This document shows positions 57,814 to 64,000 of a stretch of 64,000 nucleotides of DNA, one piece after another. Where the stretch lies: positions 127,513-191,512 of IMG/VR virus record IMGVR_UViG_3300045972_000138; one strand, 5' to 3'. The translations under genes were made by a program, and so were the position numbers. A model generated the notes under the pieces. It made no database searches, was not told where the DNA came from, and saw only the letters and a program-made list of their open reading frames with translations. Source of the DNA: a virus. Numbering within the stretch: the first letter of the stretch is position 1; every line of letters begins with the position of its first letter.

Positions 57814-58302
57814 ATGTCACTAATCAGTCAACTCAACAAACTTGGTAAGGCCGTGAATTGGGAATACCCCAATATCAACTACGGTGGTTGCTGTGTGTAT
57901 GCTGCATTAGTTGCCGAAGCCTTGCTGTTGCATAAGGTTAATGTGCGCGGCATTGTAGCATCGCGTGAGGCGTGGGACTTCAATCGATATAATTCTATTG
58001 ATGATATTCGCCCGCATATCAAACATCACACAATCAACCGTTGGCAAGATAACGGTGTTGATTTTAGCCACATTGGGTTGGAATTCGAGATAAATGGTAA
58101 GCTTCGTCATTATGATTCCACTGGTGTAAAGAGGCCGGCGCGGGTCTTTAGCAACATGCCAATTTATAAAGGTCGCTTACAAGTGTATGAGCTTGTAAAA
58201 TTAGCAGGCAAGGCACAGGGTTGGAATACAGCATTCAATCGTCGCCACATACCAAAAATCCGTGCAATGGTGCAGGATTATTTGGCAATTGATAAAGTTT
58301 AA
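57814..58302 (+). CDS. hypothetical protein (162 aa)
   Basis: ORF. Confidence 0.55.
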   Translation: MSLISQLNKLGKAVNWEYPNINYGGCCVYAALVAEALLLHKVNVRGIVASREAWDFNRYNSIDDIRPHIKHHTINRWQDNGVDFSHIGLEFEINGKLRHYDSTGVKRPARVFSNMPIYKGRLQVYELVKLAGKAQGWNTAFNRRHIPKIRAMVQDYLAIDKV

Positions 58303-58311
58303 GGAATAGAA

Positions 58312-58713
58312 ATGGTAAAAGAAACTGCCGCTGCACGTCGTGAGCGTGAAGCAAAAGAATTCGATAAGGCCAAGGAATTGGAATGGGCAGAATTCACTGC
58401 TGCTTATCCTGCTAACTTTGCCAATCTCATTTTTGAATATATGGGTTTGTATTACGCAGGCTTCCGTGTTAGAAAAATAGACAGCGACACCTACAACTTC
58501 AACCGTGAAGACTATTCTTGGAAAGAATTTACGTTGCAGGTGGTTCCTCCTAAATCCTACACGTGGGAATATATAAACGATTTCGATAACGCATACAAAA
58601 CCTTAGCAGATTATGCGGCCGAAAAGGCAGAAGAGCGTCGTAGGGAATCTGTGCGAATGGCAGCACTGGCCAAGTTGAGCAAGGAAGAACGCGAACTGTT
58701 GGGGGTAAAATGA
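58312..58713 (+). CDS. hypothetical protein (133 aa)
   Basis: ORF. Confidence 0.55.
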   Translation: MVKETAAARREREAKEFDKAKELEWAEFTAAYPANFANLIFEYMGLYYAGFRVRKIDSDTYNFNREDYSWKEFTLQVVPPKSYTWEYINDFDNAYKTLADYAAEKAEERRRESVRMAALAKLSKEERELLGVK

Positions 58714-59177
58714 AACAACTTTACGCTATCCGTGCATTTGGTGGTTCTTACGAAGATGCGTGGGAACGGACAGAATATGTAACCGATGATTTGGTCAAGG
58801 GTGAAGCATACTGTGCAGAGATGAATGCCTTCCGTGATGAAGTAATTACTGCCAAGAAGAAATGTCAAGAGTTCAGCCAACAATGGATAGCACAAAATCC
58901 ACGCCTTCCACATCCAGAACCAAAACAAATAGTGGTTCCACGGTGGGATAGCAAGACAAAGGTTACACAAGAAATGCGCGACGAACGTAAGCGACTAGAA
59001 GAAATAAACACCAATGCCAGAATGGTTGCATATGAACCTATGCGTCAATGGGGATTGGATTATAATGCCGCTATGAAAGCGTTCGACGCTACCTTCTCTG
59101 CTGAAATACAAGAAGGTCTTCAGAAGAATTGCGATGACACATATTGGGATATCGAACCCGTTGAATGGCTGGAGTAA
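58710..59177 (+). CDS. hypothetical protein (155 aa)
   Basis: ATGA overlap. Confidence 0.55.
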   Translation: MKQLYAIRAFGGSYEDAWERTEYVTDDLVKGEAYCAEMNAFRDEVITAKKKCQEFSQQWIAQNPRLPHPEPKQIVVPRWDSKTKVTQEMRDERKRLEEINTNARMVAYEPMRQWGLDYNAAMKAFDATFSAEIQEGLQKNCDDTYWDIEPVEWLE

Positions 59178-59181
59178 CAAA

Positions 59182-59529
59182 ATGGACAAATACACAAAAG
59201 CGATTGAATTGTTTAATACCTGTACATTATCGGCGCCCGATAATGTAAATGAGTGCGTAGATAATTTCCTGCTGCATATACACACAACGTTTGAAGCCCC
59301 ACGTTCTTCTCCTGAAAATATTGTAGAATGCAAAAACATATTGTTAAGGAAGATATCTAAGGAAGATATACTACGCATTCCTACTGTTGTTTCGGACGAT
59401 ATGTATCCTGTTGCGTTAATGAAGTTGTTGCTCACCGAATATCAACTTCCTATCATTGCGTCTAAGATTATGCATTTTAATGCATTCCATAGTCGCTATG
59501 GTAGCATCATAATTCAATCAATGATGTAA
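59182..59529 (+). CDS. hypothetical protein
   Basis: internal ATG 59182. Confidence 0.45.
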   Translation: MDKYTKAIELFNTCTLSAPDNVNECVDNFLLHIHTTFEAPRSSPENIVECKNILLRKISKEDILRIPTVVSDDMYPVALMKLLLTEYQLPIIASKIMHFNAFHSRYGSIIIQSMM

Positions 59530-59534
59530 TAGTA

Positions 59535-59562
59535 TTGACAAGGCTCCTATCTGTGCTATAAT
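59535..59562 (+). promoter_or_regulatory. sigma70 promoter TTGACA-N16-TATAAT with TGc extended -10
   Basis: CTGTGCTATAAT block shared with 51100-51110. Confidence 0.6.
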
Positions 59563-59592
59563 AAAGGCATAGAGTAACAAAAGGACCATACA

Positions 59593-59886
59593 ATGTCTTA
59601 CATACTATTTGACCCAAACACAACGAAGATCGTTCGCATTATGCGTAACGGTTACTGGCAAGATGCTAAGTTTGCCACAATGGCTGCTGCTAAGGCTGCT
59701 GCTACTCGTATGTTCAAGGCAGGCACGCTGGCAAACGATGCTTGTGCAATCTTGGAAGCAAGCGAGTTTGCCAAGATTGAAAAGACCGAGATTGTGCAGA
59801 ATTTGATGACTGGCAAGGATGTTGTGCAAAGTGTCAACACTCCGCTTTGCTGCGATGTATCTTCCGAAACTTATTGGAGCACCTGA
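59593..59886 (+). CDS. hypothetical protein (97 aa)
   Basis: RBS AAGGAC. Confidence 0.55.
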   Translation: MSYILFDPNTTKIVRIMRNGYWQDAKFATMAAAKAAATRMFKAGTLANDACAILEASEFAKIEKTEIVQNLMTGKDVVQSVNTPLCCDVSSETYWST

Positions 59887-59887
59887 A

Positions 59888-60037
59888 ATGAAATACCTTG
59901 TGATTAGCCTGTATGATGGTACGCACCGTGTCGAGACCGAACTCGATGCCGATGCTTTCTTCGATATGGATTGTATTGAAAGCGAAGAAGCTATTGTGTG
60001 GCGCGGCGAAGAAACAATGATTGTCCGCTTCAAATGA
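59888..60037 (+). CDS. hypothetical small protein
   Basis: ATG 59888 right after upstream stop. Confidence 0.4.
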   Translation: MKYLVISLYDGTHRVETELDADAFFDMDCIESEEAIVWRGEETMIVRFK

Positions 60038-60234
60038 CTAAACAAGAAGAACAAATTCGGACTCGTATTGCCCGCAAAGGTATCTACTCCGAAGATATCA
60101 AACACGCAGGACGGTTAACCGATGATGAGATTGCCGACCTGGCTATCGATAAGGTGTATTCCTGGGTGCGGCAGGGTGCGTGGAAAACAAAAGACTTCAA
60201 CAAGTGGCTGAAGGTAATGAGGGTAATAGAATGA
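60034..60234 (+). CDS. hypothetical small protein
   Basis: ATGA overlap. Confidence 0.4.
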   Translation: MTKQEEQIRTRIARKGIYSEDIKHAGRLTDDEIADLAIDKVYSWVRQGAWKTKDFNKWLKVMRVIE

Positions 60235-60416
60235 ACGAGATGATAAACACAGCAATGAAAGTTATGAAGATGGCCGATTTGGAGAAAGAAGAAAAACTTG
60301 CTCCGTTTGAAAAGGAAGAGCTGGCACGGTTGCGGCAAAAGCTAATGGGTACTGTACTCGAAGCCCCATTGCGTGTTTCTGATCCATTTGGGCTACTTAA
60401 TGAGGACACAGAATGA
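60231..60416 (+). CDS. hypothetical small protein
   Basis: ATGA overlap. Confidence 0.4.
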   Translation: MNEMINTAMKVMKMADLEKEEKLAPFEKEELARLRQKLMGTVLEAPLRVSDPFGLLNEDTE

Positions 60417-60771
60417 CACTACACGAACGTTGGCTGGCATTCTGCAAGAAGTATCTCGACAAGTGGATGCTTGCATTCCAACGCTCGCCAGATGTAAGCT
60501 ACAGTGACTGGAAAGAGTTGCAAGTAGAATACAAGAAGGTGTATAATAAAGATTACGAACGCTAAATGGTTGGAGGATGATATGGCCATTCTATCTCGTG
60601 AACAGAAGTCAGAAGAAATTATGCGCTTAGAAATCGAACTATCTAAGATAGACAGAGATAACAACTATAACGAATATCTGAAAGTATTGCGTAAGATACA
60701 GAAATTAAGGAACTCGCTATGAACGAACTAATCTTACAACTTCAAATTCGTGCAACTTTTGGAGTTAAAGA

Positions 60772-61038
60772 ATGAAACAGTTTGAAATGGATTGCTACGA
60801 AGTAGTCGAAGCAGATGGCGGCGGTATGCACGATCTCCACATCTGCTTCGTAGGTTCATCTAACCTTGCTGAAACACTTGTTGCTAGAAGTAAAGGTTAT
60901 CGCAGGTATGTTAAGCACAATAAAACCTATACTGTTTTTGATACACTGGAAGAGGTTGATGCAAATAGTAAGGCTAACTTACGCAAGAGTGGTTTGGCCA
61001 AGTTAACCAATCTCGAAAAAGAAGCATTGGGGCTGTAG
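60772..61038 (+). CDS. hypothetical protein (88 aa)
   Basis: ORF. Confidence 0.5.
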   Translation: MKQFEMDCYEVVEADGGGMHDLHICFVGSSNLAETLVARSKGYRRYVKHNKTYTVFDTLEEVDANSKANLRKSGLAKLTNLEKEALGL

Positions 61039-61271
61039 TGTCTTTACTAACCAGACTTGAAAAGCAAGAAGAGCGAGTGCGTAAAGCGGCCTTCAACCTG
61101 TCAAAAGAAAAATTAGCCCTTAGAGAATTAGAATTAAAAAGACTCAATTGCGCTCACATTTTTAGTAAACCTGTGTTAAACTACGAGCACGAAGGCGGAT
61201 ACTGCACTAAATGTGGTATTAACGAATTGTACGCATACACATTAGCAAATGAACAAAGAACTACTCGATAA
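61038..61271 (+). CDS. hypothetical protein with CxxC pair
   Basis: ORF. Confidence 0.45.
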   Translation: MSLLTRLEKQEERVRKAAFNLSKEKLALRELELKRLNCAHIFSKPVLNYEHEGGYCTKCGINELYAYTLANEQRTTR

Positions 61272-61650
61272 GGTGCTACCTATTGCTCGTGGTGTCCGGA
61301 CGTGGACAGAACGAAAAGCAGAGGCGGCAAATTACAACCCCGATACATTGTGTGGCTGGTGTGCTATTTCCGCTGCCCACCTGTTTCGTGCATTAAGCAA
61401 TGAAGGAATTAAATCCGAATTGCATTATGTTAGTGGGCACTGCTTTGTGGTAGTAGAAGATCACGTAGTAGATGTGACTGCTACTCAGTTCCCAGAACTT
61501 CGAACTAACGATGTCTTTATTAAACATCACAAGGAAGTTGATTATCATTGGTTCTACCAAACCAGTCATATATTTGAGAAACCAATGGAACTGCGTGAAC
61601 ACCAACTTAAAGAAAAGTGGCCACGTCGCCAAATTGCCTATACACGGTAA
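61249..61650 (+). CDS. hypothetical protein (133 aa)
   Basis: ORF. Confidence 0.5.
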   Translation: MNKELLDKVLPIARGVRTWTERKAEAANYNPDTLCGWCAISAAHLFRALSNEGIKSELHYVSGHCFVVVEDHVVDVTATQFPELRTNDVFIKHHKEVDYHWFYQTSHIFEKPMELREHQLKEKWPRRQIAYTR

Positions 61651-61717
61651 AATAGGTAGACAGGTGATGCCTTCTTTGTTATAATTAAAACATCATTAAC
61701 ACACATAGGAGCCTAAA

Positions 61718-61972
61718 ATGGCATCTTTGAAGAAATGCGTAGAAGCAAAGTGCAAGCAATGCACATATGATTCCGCACAAGCAGGATCGTGGCGTCATCA
61801 GGTTGAATTGTGTACTGTGCGTTCTTGCCCACTGTGGGAAGTTCGTCCAATCACAATGGAAACAATGTTGGCTCGTCGCAAGGACAAGAATGCAGCTGGC
61901 ATCAATCTCGATGCGCTGGTCGATGGCCTGGAAGACGAATCCGACGACGAACCCGCAATGGCGGTAGCGTGA
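61718..61972 (+). CDS. zinc-finger-like small protein
   Basis: CVEAKCKQC...CTVRSCP. Confidence 0.5.
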   Translation: MASLKKCVEAKCKQCTYDSAQAGSWRHQVELCTVRSCPLWEVRPITMETMLARRKDKNAAGINLDALVDGLEDESDDEPAMAVA

Positions 61973-62196
61973 GCCTATTCTGCAAACTGCTAGGCCATAA
62001 GATTCCGAAAGGATATTATGGCTACGGCGAGAAGTATCTCAATGTCGGTGTGTTTGCAATTGATGGCATTGATCGCATACACGCTCGATTAACAGTTGAA
62101 TGTGAGCGTTGCGAAACAAAGTTCGATGTTGGTAACATTCATCTTCCTATGCTTACACAACACGAAGCAAATATGCTTGTAAGGAAAGAAAAATGA
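61969..62196 (+). CDS. hypothetical small protein
   Basis: GTGA overlap start 61969; CxxC pair. Confidence 0.4.
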   Translation: MSLFCKLLGHKIPKGYYGYGEKYLNVGVFAIDGIDRIHARLTVECERCETKFDVGNIHLPMLTQHEANMLVRKEK

Positions 62197-62444
62197 GCTT
62201 CTTAGGAAAAACAATTCGACTTAAAGGTAAGTCGATGAAAGGCAAGAATCGCGTGCGCGAGCATGGCGAGAATTGGAATGTGAATGCCGAAACCGACCGT
62301 GTCCTGTTTGCTAAGGACAAGATTGGTCCGTGGCTGTACATTGTTCCGACTGGCAAGGATCATGACCACAAAGCTGGCCGTTGGATTCATGCAGCAAATG
62401 ATCTGGATTTTGATTTGTTTGTCCAGGTTGACAATAAACCTTAA
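62193..62444 (+). CDS. hypothetical protein (83 aa)
   Basis: ATGA overlap. Confidence 0.5.
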   Translation: MSFLGKTIRLKGKSMKGKNRVREHGENWNVNAETDRVLFAKDKIGPWLYIVPTGKDHDHKAGRWIHAANDLDFDLFVQVDNKP

Positions 62445-62519
62445 AACAAATATACTAGATACAAGTTAGCAGGAATAGTCCAAACTAACTTAACCTTAAC
62501 ACACACAAAGGAAATTGAA

Positions 62520-63005
62520 ATGACGAAAGCATCCACCACCCCCGTAGCAGTTGAAACCGTTGCCACTGTTGCATCCACCGAAACCATCGTGACTCCTGCT
62601 GCACCTGCTGCACCGAAGGCACCTTCCAAGAAGTCCTTGGCCACTGCAATCTTTGCTGCCAAGATGACTGAACGCACGCAAGGCCTGTTCGCCTCCAACA
62701 AGGAATTCCGTGCTGCTGTGCTCAACGCAATCGTTACCGATTTGGGCGTGTCGATTCCTTCCGCTGCAACGATGTACAACGCCTGCAAGGCCGAAGCTGA
62801 AAAGGCTGACGCATCGGTTGGTTTGGGCCGTGACCCCAAAGTGGTGAAGGTGAAGGTTGAAGGCGCTGGCAAACGCGGTCGTCCTCAGGGTAGTGTCAAC
62901 AAAAAGAAAGATGCTGAAGTTGTTGTGACTGACGCTACCGTCGAAGTTGCTACCGTCGAAGTTGCTGCAGAAGCTGATACTGTTACTGAAGCAGTTGCTG
63001 CCTAA
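62520..63005 (+). CDS. low-complexity Ala/Val/Thr-rich protein with AT-hook GRP motif (DNA-binding?)
   Basis: KRGRPQGS; repeated VEVATVEVA. Confidence 0.55.
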   Translation: MTKASTTPVAVETVATVASTETIVTPAAPAAPKAPSKKSLATAIFAAKMTERTQGLFASNKEFRAAVLNAIVTDLGVSIPSAATMYNACKAEAEKADASVGLGRDPKVVKVKVEGAGKRGRPQGSVNKKKDAEVVVTDATVEVATVEVAAEADTVTEAVAA

Positions 63006-63033
63006 TACCTACTAAGACGGTAATGGCAATGTT

Positions 63034-63059
63034 AAAAAAGGGCCCGCGGGCCCTTTTTT
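63034..63059 (+). terminator. rho-independent terminator
   Basis: AAAAAAGGGCCCG/CGGGCCCTTTTTT palindrome. Confidence 0.8.
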
Positions 63060-63074
63060 ATTGATAAATATACA

Positions 63075-63770
63075 ATGAACTATGCCAATATCTATAACCA
63101 ACTAATTCAATCTGCCCAAGATAGGCAAACATTAGACGGTTACAAAGAAAAACATCATATTATTCCGCGGTGTGTGCAAGGTACGAACGATAAGAGTAAT
63201 TTGGTTTATTTGACAGCAAGAGAGCATCTTATTGCACATAGACTTTTAGATAAAATTTATCCAGATAATTATAAAATATTCTTTGCACTGTGGTCTATGC
63301 TTACAATGAAGACAAACAATATGCAACGCATATCAAATTCAAGAGAATACGAAAAAGCAAAGATTAGATTGCGGTCTGTCATGTCCTTAATACAGACTGG
63401 ATCTAAACGACCGCCACGGACTCCAGAGCATACGGCCAAGATTGTTGCCGCACAAAAAGGCCGAGTTGTATCAGAAGAAACAAGATCTAAGATTAGAGAA
63501 GCACGAAAATCTCAGACTTGGTCAGATGAGCAGCGCCTGGCTCAGTCAATTCGATTATCTGGTAGTGGAAATCACTTCTTTGGTAAAACGCATTCAGATC
63601 AAACCAAATCAAAGATAAGTGCAAATAATGCAGCATCTAAGAAAGTTTCGTGTGACGGGGTTATATACGAGTCGATGGTAGAAGCTGCTGCAGGTTGTGG
63701 ATTTAAACATTACGAAACTATAAAGAAACGGTGCAGGTCAGACAAATATCCAAATTGGTTCTTTATTTAA
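63075..63770 (+). CDS. HNH homing endonuclease with NUMOD-like repeats
   Basis: EKHHIIPRCVQGTNDKSNLVYLTAREHLIAH; repeated x-E-x-R-x-K-I-S/R segments. Confidence 0.65.
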   Translation: MNYANIYNQLIQSAQDRQTLDGYKEKHHIIPRCVQGTNDKSNLVYLTAREHLIAHRLLDKIYPDNYKIFFALWSMLTMKTNNMQRISNSREYEKAKIRLRSVMSLIQTGSKRPPRTPEHTAKIVAAQKGRVVSEETRSKIREARKSQTWSDEQRLAQSIRLSGSGNHFFGKTHSDQTKSKISANNAASKKVSCDGVIYESMVEAAAGCGFKHYETIKKRCRSDKYPNWFFI

Positions 63771-63826
63771 AAGGTTGTTATTATACAGGTCAGCCGATAA
63801 ATACCGTTATAACTTTTAAGGATTAT

Positions 63827-64000
63827 ATGATTCACTACTTAACTCAAATATCATTCATAGCTAAATTTTTACTTTGGATTAGAAGTCTGATATCTAAATC
63901 AGGTAATACAACTATTAATAAGACAGGTGTTAGTGCCAGCATAAATGGTAACAACAATAACATAAATTTAAATATTTCCGAAGACAAAAATAAATCATTA
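63827..64000 (+). CDS. N-terminal fragment of a membrane/secreted protein (runs off window)
   Basis: preceded by conserved leader TAACTTTTAAGGATTATATG (63810-63829); no stop before 64000. Confidence 0.4.
   Translation, partial: MIHYLTQISFIAKFLLWIRSLISKSGNTTINKTGVSASINGNNNNINLNISEDKNKSL

Overview
This window reads as part of a large virulent double-stranded DNA phage genome. Nearly every gene sits on the + strand and genes are tightly packed, often with overlapping ATGA/GTGA stop-start junctions. It uses host-type sigma70 promoters of the form TTGAC(T/A)-N16-17-TA(T/C)AAT. The host is probably a gamma-proteobacterium, since the phage carries iscU/iscA genes very close to the enterobacterial ones. 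The core replication and repair genes I can support are a family-B DNA polymerase, a 5'-3' exonuclease/FEN, an ATP-dependent ligase, an RtcB RNA ligase, a SpoT-like (p)ppGpp hydrolase, a lambda-type phosphatase, a macro-domain protein, a MoxR AAA+ ATPase with its VWA partner, and HNH homing endonucleases. The most notable content is: (1) a candidate 7-deazaguanine DNA-modification island made of a DpdA-like TGT-family protein and a clear QueE radical-SAM enzyme, with a GT-B-like putative glycosyltransferase and a GalE-type epimerase in the ~7 kb between them; (2) host-like iscU and iscA genes on the minus strand; (3) a roughly 2.5 kb non-coding tRNA region with tRNA-Met(CAT), tRNA-Leu(TAA), tRNA-Thr(TGT) and a degenerate tRNA-like element, interleaved with a family of six 15-20 bp perfect-stem hairpins that begin on the tRNA CCA ends and covary between copies; (4) a cell-envelope module with an SPFH protein, a lipoprotein, a Ser-rich TPR/TM protein, an SBP-LysM protein, a DD-endopeptidase, a SleB-like hydrolase and a lipoprotein with a GH12-like EFMIW motif; (5) several promoters whose -10 element ends 6 nt before the ATG, which implies leaderless mRNAs. 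I found no CRISPR array, integrase or rRNA. Coordinates of features I placed by hand (RNAs, promoters, hairpins) may be off by 1-2 nt.
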